A stretch of DNA of 64,000 bases, taken from assembly GCA_965208675.1 (NCBI GenBank), contig OZ242351.1:1152001-1216000 (forward strand), written 5' to 3'. The notes under the pieces were generated by a model. The model worked only from the letters and a program-made list of their open reading frames with translations, did no database searches and had not been told where the DNA came from. Below are positions 30,573-40,034 of the stretch, one piece after another (within the stretch, counting starts at the first letter, position 1; each line of letters begins with the position of its first letter). The position numbers were made by a program, and so were the translations under genes. The DNA is from Candidatus Poribacteria bacterium. GTDB lineage: Bacteria; Poribacteria; WGA-4E; PCPOR2b.

Positions 30573-32969
30573 TTATTCGCGGGATTCGCTGTCGGAATCC
30601 TCTGATTTTCCGGCTTGAATGATTCGGTGCGCAAAGCCGCCGGGGGCGCAAAATTCTCGCATGTCTTGCCCGAACAACGCCGGCGGCACCGCCCATATTG
30701 CCATACCAAAGTAATCGTCGCAAGCGCGCGGCACTGCGCCGTCCGTCTTGAAGAAACCTTGCGGAAAATCCCACGCAAAAAGGTGTTCTAGCACCAAGTT
30801 GCGGAGCATCTGCTCCATGATTTCCGCCGCCGCTTCGGGACGCCCCTGATAAGCGAATTCCGCTGAAAGCAATGCGTTGTGTGACGGAAATATACCTTCT
30901 GAATCCACCGACCCGGTGCTATCAATTGACCCATCCGGACGCATTGAGTTCGCGGCGCCTACCGCTACCGGTTTAACGCACAGCCGTTCAATGGTATCCA
31001 GCGCGGCGTTCAATCGGTCCGCAGGAAACACCTCCGGCAGTCCGAGGAGCGCGCAATTGAAAGACCCTTCCAACTGGTAGGAAAAAACGGTATCCGATCG
31101 GTATTCAGTGCCCGGTGCGTTATACGTATAGTAGGATTGCGCATCCGCATTCCACAAAGTCTCCTCCATCGCCCGGCTTCCCCGGCCAATCCAATCCCGG
31201 CACGTCTCGGCGAACGTTCTGTCGCCAAGGTGCTCCGCCATTCGCTCAGCAACTCTCAGCGCACATAGCCAATGCCCCGCCGTATACGACGCGTTGCCGC
31301 GCCAATCCCACGAATCGTAAGGCTGGCCCCGCGGAGCGGTAATCGGATCATATGAAACCAACCCGTCATCGTAGACTGACTGGGTCATGTGCAACCGCAT
31401 GGCGCGCTTGATAGTCGGATAAAATTCATGCACCACATCATTATCGCCAGTCCCCTGCCACAGCCGATCCACCATTTCAGTAAACAGGAAGCCGTTAACC
31501 AACGGGTGCGCGTAAGCAGGCATGTCGTGCTCATTTATGCCGAGTTGCAACGGTATCCGGCCGTCATCCAGTTGATATGCCGCTATCGCGCGAAGTGTTC
31601 CTCGCCTTAGTTCGGGGAAAAAATAGGTGATCGCAAAATCGCCCCAAACGGCTTGACAGATGACTTCTCGCAGCGGCATCGTCCGCGCAGCTTCAACAAG
31701 GGTTAGCAGCCCGTCTCGCGGATCCGCGCCCGGTAGGCGTATGTATGAACTGTCCTTAGTAATCAGGTGAAGGATGTTCACGAGTGCGTCGCGCAAGTAA
31801 TCCGGCAATGTCTCTTCGGAATAGATTTCCTGCTGCCAAGCGAGCACATTCGACAGCAAGGACGAGTGTTCATTCGCTAAGTGTTGGGCAACCTCAAGCG
31901 GACTCTTATAATGTGTATGGTACATGTTGATTGTACGAGTCTTTGGCCAATACGGTGCGTACCAAGACAGCACAAACCGAACTGTTTTCGTTTGGCCCGG
32001 ATTGAGTGTTATATCCGCTGCCACGGAACTACCTAAATCCCCGTGCTGCGGCTGCGGCAGGGTTTCTGCGATTTTAGCCCATCCATTGTCACCCAGCGGC
32101 CCGCCGGTACGGATGTCTTCAGTCCCCAAGACGCCCAAGGCATATCCGTTCGGTACCCAATTCTCGGAAACCGGATATCCGCCGGGGAATTTATCGTCCG
32201 GATCGGGGCCGGGCCAACCGCCCGACCAAGCAGTAACCGTCACCCCGCGAACAGGGTTTGTGACATCCTCACGCTGAACATCGGAGGCGCCTCGCATTTC
32301 ATCCTCGTCCGGACCCGGGAAGCTAAACGCGACCGTGCCGCGTTGCACACGATTGCTCGTGTTTCTCAGGCGTAACTCAAAGACCGCACCGGGAATGTTC
32401 GATTTCACCGCATCTCCCGGGATAAAGGGCGTCCACGCCCGTAATCCGATACGGATAGGCGCATCAAGTTCGTATTCCAAATCTGCGACCGGGTAGTGCC
32501 CCCAATAGTGAATCTGCTGCGCACCCTGTACACCGTCCGGCGCATCTAGGCTTAGCACGTAGCAGTCGTCTCCCAACGCCAGTCCCAAGAAAGGCAGGTC
32601 CACGTTACGCGTCTGCGGCACCGGCGTTGTCCACCAGTTCAATTTCGCCCCAGTATCCGGGTTAACCAGGTTGTTGTAGAGAGACCAGCCGCCAAGTCGA
32701 CCGTCCAGACGCAGCGTCACATAACCGGTGCCAATGCCTCCCAACGGTACGCCGCATTCTCGAATTAACGGCCAATGCGCTACGTGTGACGCCGTCACTT
32801 CGGGATTGCTGAATCCGGTATACGGAACGCCGCCGCCGTTACGGTAAATCACACCCACCACCGGTTGTAGGAATCCTTGAGCGTGAAATGTCTGCCATTG
32901 CCGTTCGGGCAAGTCAGTGGGAAATAGTCCGTGATGGTGCGAGTTTCCAACTGTAGAGGAGGGGCTCAT
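30573..32969 (-). CDS. Glycoside hydrolase family 116 (GBA2-like)
   Basis: GVPLGGIGTG, YWGHYPVAD, PFIPGD..SN.P and YDSW. Confidence 0.85.
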   Translation of the reverse strand: MSPSSTVGNSHHHGLFPTDLPERQWQTFHAQGFLQPVVGVIYRNGGGVPYTGFSNPEVTASHVAHWPLIRECGVPLGGIGTGYVTLRLDGRLGGWSLYNNLVNPDTGAKLNWWTTPVPQTRNVDLPFLGLALGDDCYVLSLDAPDGVQGAQQIHYWGHYPVADLEYELDAPIRIGLRAWTPFIPGDAVKSNIPGAVFELRLRNTSNRVQRGTVAFSFPGPDEDEMRGASDVQREDVTNPVRGVTVTAWSGGWPGPDPDDKFPGGYPVSENWVPNGYALGVLGTEDIRTGGPLGDNGWAKIAETLPQPQHGDLGSSVAADITLNPGQTKTVRFVLSWYAPYWPKTRTINMYHTHYKSPLEVAQHLANEHSSLLSNVLAWQQEIYSEETLPDYLRDALVNILHLITKDSSYIRLPGADPRDGLLTLVEAARTMPLREVICQAVWGDFAITYFFPELRRGTLRAIAAYQLDDGRIPLQLGINEHDMPAYAHPLVNGFLFTEMVDRLWQGTGDNDVVHEFYPTIKRAMRLHMTQSVYDDGLVSYDPITAPRGQPYDSWDWRGNASYTAGHWLCALRVAERMAEHLGDRTFAETCRDWIGRGSRAMEETLWNADAQSYYTYNAPGTEYRSDTVFSYQLEGSFNCALLGLPEVFPADRLNAALDTIERLCVKPVAVGAANSMRPDGSIDSTGSVDSEGIFPSHNALLSAEFAYQGRPEAAAEIMEQMLRNLVLEHLFAWDFPQGFFKTDGAVPRACDDYFGMAIWAVPPALFGQDMREFCAPGGFAHRIIQAGKSEDSDSESRE

Positions 32970-33034
32970 ACTTAACTCCCGTGGTCGTCTTTGTTCATTA
33001 AAATTGCGCTTTTTCTTAGATTAAGTATGAGGCG

Positions 33035-33063
33035 ATTATAGCACTATTCTTGAATCCGGTCAA
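33035..33063 (-). promoter_or_regulatory. Sigma70 promoter for the GH116 gene
   Basis: TTGACC-N17-TATAAT on the minus strand. Confidence 0.65.
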
Positions 33064-33279
33064 GAGCAATGCTCCGTATCATTTTTGATGCAGCATCACG
33101 TCAATTACAACCATAATCCGCCGCACTTCACAGCCGCAGGCCGCGGCGCTGTTACGGTTGAACAGAACCACTGTTAACGCATCAGAGTAACTCCGCCGTT
33201 TACATTTTTCTCTTGACAATTCAGTCGACCTGTGAAATTATATGGCTTTTTGGCTGATCATTCGAGAGGAGAGAATTCT

Positions 33280-33624
33280 ATGGAGATAAATGTTCGTGAA
33301 AGTGAAGGCGTTACGGTCTTTGACCTCAGTGGCAGGATTATCGGCGCCGACAGCAACCAACTCAAGCAAGCTATAGACCAATCAATTGCCGAATCGGAAA
33401 AACCGAAACTGTTGTTCAATCTATCCGGGGTTTCGATGTTAGATAGTACCGGTTTAGGAACCTTGGTCGGATCTCATCTGTCGGCGTCGCGAAAAGGCGG
33501 GCGTATCGGTATTATCAATGTTGCGGAGGGCGCGCAGAGCATATTGATCATTGCCAAGTTGGTGTCAGTGTTGGAACGTTTCGAATCGGAGACGGAAGCA
33601 GTTGAAGCGTTATCGTCTAGTTGA
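33280..33624 (+). CDS. STAS-domain anti-sigma factor antagonist
   Basis: LDSTGLG phosphoserine motif; SD GAGGAG before ATG 33280. Confidence 0.9.
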   Translation: MEINVRESEGVTVFDLSGRIIGADSNQLKQAIDQSIAESEKPKLLFNLSGVSMLDSTGLGTLVGSHLSASRKGGRIGIINVAEGAQSILIIAKLVSVLERFESETEAVEALSSS

Positions 33625-33773
33625 GCGCGATTTCGAGTCGGCCTGCCGTCCCGCGTGGTTGGTTTTCAACGTGGTTTGGCAGTATAACCAAGCGCTTATA
33701 AGAAGCGAAACCTCACGCATAAATCTTCATGATGCGAGCGCAAATTAGACGGTCAAGTTTCATCTCGTTTCCG

Positions 33774-34415
33774 CTAGACACTCAACCCCCACTCGAGTTG
33801 TTCGTTTTTCACGTAGGGCAAGAGCAGTATTTGAAGACGGCGATGAGCGTGGTGTAAATGCGCCTTGATGGTACCTTCCGATCTGTCCAGCCGGGCGGCA
33901 ATTTCCTTTAGCTGCAGACCCTCCTGATAACGGAGATTAAACACGCGTTGTTGTCCGGGCGGAAGTTGCCTGACTGCTCTGCCGATAATCTGTCCGAGTT
34001 CTTTCGTTACAGCTTGGTCCTGCGGAAGTGGATTAGAATCGTTAAATGTCCACTCCTCATCGGTAGCAGACGGCGATGTGTCAATCGGCAATATCTGGAC
34101 ACGTTTCTGTTGGCGAATGAAATCTATGCACTGATTGGTCGCGATTCGATAAAGCCAGCTATAAAATGCCGCCTGTTTCTTGAACTGGGGTAGCGCTTGA
34201 AAGGCTTTGATAAATATATCTTGGCAGAGATCGTTCGCTGATTCAGGGTTGGAGACATATTTGTAAACGACATTATATATTTTTCCTTGGTACCGCAAAA
34301 CTAGCTCGTTGAAAACCTCCTTCTCACCCTTCTGAAACCGGTCGATTAGTGCGCTTTCGTTAATGGATGCATTTCTCATTTCATTTGATGGGATGCCGCC
34401 AAATTCATTAACCAT
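33774..34415 (-). CDS. ECF (RpoE-like) sigma factor
   Basis: D..QDIFIKAF, FYSWLYRIATN and EIA....SEGTIK. Confidence 0.93.
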   Translation of the reverse strand: MVNEFGGIPSNEMRNASINESALIDRFQKGEKEVFNELVLRYQGKIYNVVYKYVSNPESANDLCQDIFIKAFQALPQFKKQAAFYSWLYRIATNQCIDFIRQQKRVQILPIDTSPSATDEEWTFNDSNPLPQDQAVTKELGQIIGRAVRQLPPGQQRVFNLRYQEGLQLKEIAARLDRSEGTIKAHLHHAHRRLQILLLPYVKNEQLEWGLSV

Positions 34416-34668
34416 CTAGGTCTCCTCCCGTTGGGATTATGTGGCACGGCTTACCTCGCAATTAAACTGTAGGCGTGCACACTGCATCGCTGTCTTTAAG
34501 TCTATACACTACAGTCTCTTCAATTAGTTCCATATCTTTTTTGTTATAGTGTTGCCACGGCGAAAAACCCAAGATTGATTAGCTGCAACAGCCTAGGTTC
34601 CGAAGACTTTCAATTTTCTGCGACGCAGGTTCCGGAGATGCGGCACGCACAGCTGAATCATCTATATC

Positions 34669-36090
34669 ATGCGCCGATATAGCATCCAAACCAAAATCAT
34701 CTTGCCTTTCATGGCGTTCTCGGCTGTCGTCGTATTCGGTGTAGCGCTCATAACTATGGACCAATTCAATCGAATTTACGATGAGCAATTTAGCCGGGAG
34801 ACTAGAGAATGGTTAAAGGTAATCGTGGGCACCGGTTATATTGACCATCCTAATAAGGTTAAGGAAGCATACGGTGCAGAGGTTATAGTGTTTAGTTCCC
34901 ATAATGTCCTAAACGCCACAACATTGCCGGAAGAATTGTCTTATGAAGAATTGGCTAATTTAACCGTGAATATGAAACTCCGCGAAGCCCGGAAACTCAT
35001 TGAGGAGTCAGACGCCGACCTTGTTATCAAGAATGTGACCGTTGGCGGAATGCCGTACAAAGCAACTTATTATCTGCTGCCGCATAATCGCCTGTACTGT
35101 TTGATGCGTCCAATGGACAAGATTGCGGCTGCAAAACGCCACGCCACGATGTTGATGTTGGGAATTACAGGCCTTGTCATCGTATTAGTTGCAATCATCA
35201 GCCATTTTATTGGCAAAAATTTAGCAACTCCAATCAAGTCGCTGGTACGGTTCACAAAGCAGGTTGCCGAGGGTGATTTAGAAGGGCAATGTAAAGTAAA
35301 GACGCATGATGAGATTGACGATTTGGCAACCGCATTTAATCAGATGACCCGCGATTTAAGAAATTCTCGAGTTGAACTGATAAGTGCGGAACGTCTCGCT
35401 ACGGCGGGAAAAATGGCAGCATCTTTTGCGCACGAAATCCGGAATCCACTTTCATCAATGCGCATGGTCGCCCAAATGTTGTCGCGGAAACAGGAACCAG
35501 CGAAAGAAAAACAAAAGCAGTCCGTGGCGCATATCTTGGAAGAGATTGAACGGATTGATGTTATTGTCAAGGGTTTTATGAATTTTGCGCGTCCAGCTTC
35601 ACTTGAAAGTGCGCCCCACAACCTAAATCAAGCCGTGGAAGCGGTGCTGAACCTCATGGAAGCCAACCTCAATCACCATCAGATTGCTTTGAAAAAAAGA
35701 TTCGACACCCGCCTCCCCGCTGTTTCGTTCGATTTGGATAAGTTTAAACAGGCGTTTATGAACATCGTGTTAAACGCCATGGATGCCATGCCTGACGGCG
35801 GCATTCTCAAAATTGTAACGTTGCGAGACTCGGACGACGTTCATATTGATGTTGCGGACACAGGCGGCGGCATCCCGCCAGAAGATTTAAATCGGCTGTT
35901 CGAGCCGTTCTTCACAACGAAACCCCAGGGCACAGGGCTTGGACTCGTAAATGCGAAACGGGTTTTTGAGCAGCATGGCGGGGACATAAAATTCAAGAGT
36001 GTCGTTGGAAGCGGCACAACGGTATCTTTGCGGATGCCGCTAACAAACAACAAAACACAGGGTGTGGAAAATCGTGAAAATCCGCAGTGA
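34669..36090 (+). CDS. Membrane sensor histidine kinase (HAMP-HisKA-HATPase)
   Basis: Two TMs, HAMP, AHEIRNPL, N box, DTGGG, FEPFFTTK and GTGLGL. Confidence 0.95.
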   Translation: MRRYSIQTKIILPFMAFSAVVVFGVALITMDQFNRIYDEQFSRETREWLKVIVGTGYIDHPNKVKEAYGAEVIVFSSHNVLNATTLPEELSYEELANLTVNMKLREARKLIEESDADLVIKNVTVGGMPYKATYYLLPHNRLYCLMRPMDKIAAAKRHATMLMLGITGLVIVLVAIISHFIGKNLATPIKSLVRFTKQVAEGDLEGQCKVKTHDEIDDLATAFNQMTRDLRNSRVELISAERLATAGKMAASFAHEIRNPLSSMRMVAQMLSRKQEPAKEKQKQSVAHILEEIERIDVIVKGFMNFARPASLESAPHNLNQAVEAVLNLMEANLNHHQIALKKRFDTRLPAVSFDLDKFKQAFMNIVLNAMDAMPDGGILKIVTLRDSDDVHIDVADTGGGIPPEDLNRLFEPFFTTKPQGTGLGLVNAKRVFEQHGGDIKFKSVVGSGTTVSLRMPLTNNKTQGVENRENPQ

Positions 36091-36153
36091 GACGGGGAGG
36101 CATCCGAATTCGTAAGCCGCCCGAGAAGCCGCGCCCGCTAAGGTGAAAAATCT

Positions 36154-36774
36154 ATGGTTCAACAAAAGGCAACTAATGTCACCTGGTTTGAAGGTATTGT
36201 CACACAGAACGCCAGGGAAAACCTGCTCGATCAGAGTGGGTGCGTACTTTGGTTCACAGGGCTTTCCGGATCTGGAAAGTCCACACTTGCCCATGAAGTC
36301 GAAAATGTACTATACCAACGCGGACATCTAACCTACGTCCTTGACGGTGATAACGTCCGCCACGGCTTGAACAAAAATCTCGGCTTTTCACCCGAAGATC
36401 GGGCTGAAAATATCCGGCGCATCGGCGAAGTGTCAAAGCTGTTTGTCGACGCCGGCGTCATCGTCATGACAGCGTTCATTTCACCCTACCGAATCGACCG
36501 AGACAACGCACGAGCGCTGGTGAGCGAAGGCCGGTTCATTGAAATTTTTGTCGACTGTGCCATTGAAGTCTGCGAGGAACGGGACACGAAAGGGCTGTAC
36601 AAGCGCGCACGCGCCGGTGAAATCAAGGAATTCACCGGAATCAGCGCTCCCTATGAACCGCCGATTCATCCCGAAATCACACTGAATACGGACGCACAGA
36701 GCATCGCAGAAAGCACGAAACTGGTGGTTGACTTCCTTGAGCAGAAGAAAATAGTTCCGGCGGACGTGGAATAG
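36154..36774 (+). CDS. cysC: Adenylyl-sulfate kinase
   Basis: WFTGLSGSGKST, LDGDNVRHGL and FTGISAPYE. Confidence 0.97.
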   Translation: MVQQKATNVTWFEGIVTQNARENLLDQSGCVLWFTGLSGSGKSTLAHEVENVLYQRGHLTYVLDGDNVRHGLNKNLGFSPEDRAENIRRIGEVSKLFVDAGVIVMTAFISPYRIDRDNARALVSEGRFIEIFVDCAIEVCEERDTKGLYKRARAGEIKEFTGISAPYEPPIHPEITLNTDAQSIAESTKLVVDFLEQKKIVPADVE

Positions 36775-36828
36775 CCGCATGTCAATAGCGGAAAGATTTC
36801 GGCCGCATAATCTGAATTACAGCCAACA

Positions 36829-36917
36829 AAAAAGGCGTCTACGATTGTCGCGGCGCACTATTTTCTGCGCTCCCTTTTTGAGAGCGCCGCACACGCCGTG
36901 TCAAGCAGACGCCTTTC
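36829..36917. terminator. Long hairpin between convergent cysC and rpsU (possible bidirectional terminator)
   Basis: AAAGGCGTCT...AGACGCCTTT inverted repeat with an inner GCGGCGC/GCGCCGC stem. Confidence 0.5.
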
Positions 36918-37005
36918 AATTATTCATTTCTCTTACACGAATCCGTCAATCCATTGAGTTCTGCGACCGAGCGAATCGGTGAGTCAGCGGTATTGAAACT
37001 GCCGC

Positions 37006-37203
37006 TCAGCGATTGTCATAATAGCTGCGGGATTTGAGCTTTCGCTGTCGTTTCAATTCGAGCCGCCGCCGTTTCTCGCTCGGTTTTTCATAGAAGCTGC
37101 GCTTCTTGATTTCTGTGACAATACCAGCCTTGCCACACATTTTTTTAAATCGGGCGAGGGCTCTGTCAAATGTTTCGTCTGGTCCAACCGTAACTTGAAT
37201 CAT
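37006..37203 (-). CDS. rpsU: 30S ribosomal protein S21
   Basis: FDRALARFKK...GI..E.KKR.FYEKPSEKRR. Confidence 0.95.
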   Translation of the reverse strand: MIQVTVGPDETFDRALARFKKMCGKAGIVTEIKKRSFYEKPSEKRRRLELKRQRKLKSRSYYDNR

Positions 37204-37348
37204 ATTTTTGTTCTACCCTTCCTTCGATACTCAGCCTTCAGTACCTAGGCGCAACGGCACAGCGAACTGTTTTATCCAATAGCCGCGCTGTCAGACGACC
37301 TAGCACGAAATTCCAAGCTTAAATTTTGTAGTCTACATTCAATATCAT

Positions 37349-37377
37349 ATTATATCAAATCGTCTCTATTTTCTCAA
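37349..37377 (-). promoter_or_regulatory. Sigma70 promoter for rpsU
   Basis: TTGAGA-N17-TATAAT with extended -10 TG. Confidence 0.7.
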
Positions 37378-37467
37378 CACAAAAATTCGGTATCGAAACG
37401 AATTTCAAATCTGATCCAAGAGCGCCTTAGCGTCAAGACTCACGCAACGACGTGCTGTACCACAGCT

Positions 37468-38472
37468 TTGGCGCGGGTTGAATCGAAAATGACCGTACAG
37501 CCGCAAGCGCACATAGATTTCAGTGATATCCAACGTATCCTGATTCTCCGTATGGGTCCGCTCGGCGAAACCATCCTGACGACGCCCGTAATTCGGGCGC
37601 TGCGCAACCGTTTCCCAAACGCGCGCATCGCTTATATGGTCGCACCGGAGCGCGAGGATCTCGTCTCTGCGAATCCGTTTCTTGACGAGGTCATGACGTA
37701 CGATATAAGCGTACCAAAGCTGGTTTATGGTATAATGAAACGGTCGTTTCAGATGGCGGTCGTCCTGCAACCCACATTCCGTCTGGTGCTGCACACCTTT
37801 CTCGCGCGTATCCCGTTTCGAATCGGGTTCGAGACCAACTGTTGCAGCGGCAGATTGCTGCATGTCGCCGTGCCCAATAACACCGCTCAGCACGAAACCA
37901 GCCGCTATCTTGATGTAGTCCGCGGCATCGGTATCCAGCCGGATTGCGGCGAACCGGAGATGTTCGTGGATGACCGTGCGCAGCGATGGGCGGACGATTT
38001 ACTTGTGAATCTCGATTTTGATACCAATCGCCCGCTTGTTGGGCTTAATCCCGGCACAGGCTCCGTTTCGCGTCGTTGGCAAAAAGAGCGGTTTGCCAAG
38101 ATTGGAAATCTGCTCCATCGGGAACACAATGCACAAATCATAATTACCGGGGGACCTCGTGAAGGTTCACTGCCGTACGAATTGGCGGATATGATGTGCT
38201 GTTCACCGATTGTTCTCACGGGTGCGACGCCCATGCAACTGGGTGCGGTGATTCAGCGGTGCCATTTATTCATCAGCAACGACACGGGACCGATGCACAT
38301 GAGTACCGCAGTGAAAACACCGACGATTGCGCTGTTCGGGTCGTCAAATCCGTCGCGGTGGGGACCGTTTTGGCATGGGCATACAATAATCGCCCGAAAC
38401 AGTATGAACGAAATTGCCGTCAATGACGTGCTGTTAGCAGCGGAAAAACACCTGTCTATAGCCGATCGCTAA
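37468..38472 (+). CDS. Glycosyltransferase family 9 (LPS heptosyltransferase-like)
   Basis: ILILRMGPLGET and SNDTGPMH...TIALFG. Confidence 0.92.
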   Translation: MARVESKMTVQPQAHIDFSDIQRILILRMGPLGETILTTPVIRALRNRFPNARIAYMVAPEREDLVSANPFLDEVMTYDISVPKLVYGIMKRSFQMAVVLQPTFRLVLHTFLARIPFRIGFETNCCSGRLLHVAVPNNTAQHETSRYLDVVRGIGIQPDCGEPEMFVDDRAQRWADDLLVNLDFDTNRPLVGLNPGTGSVSRRWQKERFAKIGNLLHREHNAQIIITGGPREGSLPYELADMMCCSPIVLTGATPMQLGAVIQRCHLFISNDTGPMHMSTAVKTPTIALFGSSNPSRWGPFWHGHTIIARNSMNEIAVNDVLLAAEKHLSIADR

Positions 38473-38575
38473 GAACACAAGCAACACAATAGCCATTTAC
38501 ATGCATATTTACACACATTCTGATACCCCCCTGATAAGGGATCAACTGAGTGGATAGCGAAGGCGATAGTTTTGG

Positions 38576-39990
38576 GGGTTGACACCTCTTTTCGATCGGA
38601 CTGAAAGAATTTGTAGGTTGGGTTAAGCGGAGTAAATGAGAGACGTGAAAAATGTCGAAAGGATATCGGTATTTGAATTCGTTTGGTATTTTTTTAGATG
38701 TAGCGAACCCAACGCTTTTGGATATTGCGGGGCGTTTGGTTTATTGGAAACCGTTCGCAAATACGAAAAGCGTTGGGTTACGCTCCCCACATCGGGTCTT
38801 GGACGTCGTTAAGCTCCCAGAGCGAAAAGAAAAATTGTACATCATTCCGTGAAATTCGCTCAACCCAACCTACACGAAGCTTGACTTGTGGGTAATAGTA
38901 AGCTGATAAGGGGGCTAGAGCGGGTTGACACCTCTTTTCGATCGGACTGAAAGAATTTGTAGGTTGGGTTAAGCGGAGTAAATGAGAGACGTGAAAAATG
39001 TCGAAAGGATATCGGTATTTGAATTCGTTTGGTATTTTTTAGATGTAGCGAACCCAACGCTTTTGGATATTGCGGGGCGTTTGGTTTATTGGAAACCGTT
39101 CGTAAATACGAAAAGCGTTGGGTTACGCTCCCCGCATCGGGTCTTGCACGTCGTTAAGCTCCCAGAGCGAAACGAAAAATTGTACATCATTCCGTGAAAT
39201 TCGCTCAACCCAACCTACACGAAGCTTGACTTGTGGGTAACGGTAAGCTGATAAGGGGGCTAGAGCGGGTTGACACCTCTTTTTGATCGGATTGAAAGAA
39301 TTTGTAGGTTGGGTTAAGCGGAGTAAATGAGAGACGTGAAAAATGTCGAAAGGATATCGGTATTTGAATTCGTTTGGTATTTTTTTAGATGTAGCGAACC
39401 CAACGCTTTTGGATATTGCGGGGCGTTTGGTTTATTGGAAACCGTTCGTAAATACGAAAAGCGTTGGGTTACGCTCCCCGCATCGGGTCTTGCACGTCGT
39501 TAAGCTCCCAGAGCGAAACGAAAAATTGTACATCATTCCGTGAAATTCGCTCAACCCAACCTACACGAAGCTTGACTTGTGGGTAATAGTAAGCTGATAA
39601 GGGGGCTAGAGCGGGTTGACACCTCTTTTTGATCGGATTGAAAGAATTTGTAGGTTGGGTTAAGCGGAGTAAATGAGAGACGTGAAAAATGTCGAAAGGA
39701 TATCGGTATTTGAATTCGTTTGGTATTTTTTTAGATGTAGCGAACCCAACGCTTTTGGATATTGCGGGGCGTTTGGTTTATTGGAAACCGTTCGTAAATA
39801 CGAAAAGCGTTGGGTTACGCTCCCCGCATCGGGTCTTGCACGTCGTTAAGCTCCCAGAGCGAAACGAAAAATTGTACATCATTCCGTGAAATTCGCTCAA
39901 CCCAACCTACACGAAGCTTGACTTGTGGGTAACGGTAAGCTGATAAGGGGGCTAGAGCGGGTTGACACCTCTTTTTGATCGGACTGAAAG
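38576..39990. repeat. Tandem array of 4 full 345-346-bp units plus a partial unit, each carrying a GTAG-type REP doublet (REPIN-like)
   Basis: Units start with GGGTTGACACCTCTTTT at 38576, 38922, 39267, 39613 and 39959. Each has an outer IR TGTAGGTTGGGTTAAGCG/CGCTCAACCCAACCTACA and an inner IR AACCCAACGCTTTT/AAAAGCGTTGGGTT. Confidence 0.97.
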
Positions 39991-40034
39991 TAATGTGTAC
40001 ATTTTAGTTGCAGTGACTATAAACAGGGGATGTC

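Noticed and set aside
38652-39889. Repeated 66-71-aa ORFs as real genes or a phase-variable peptide
   Set aside because: They run through the REP inverted repeats, have no recognisable domain and are frameshifted in unit 2; most likely incidental
38576-39990. CRISPR array
   Set aside because: The units are 346 bp and nearly identical throughout, with no unique 30-40-nt spacers and no cas genes
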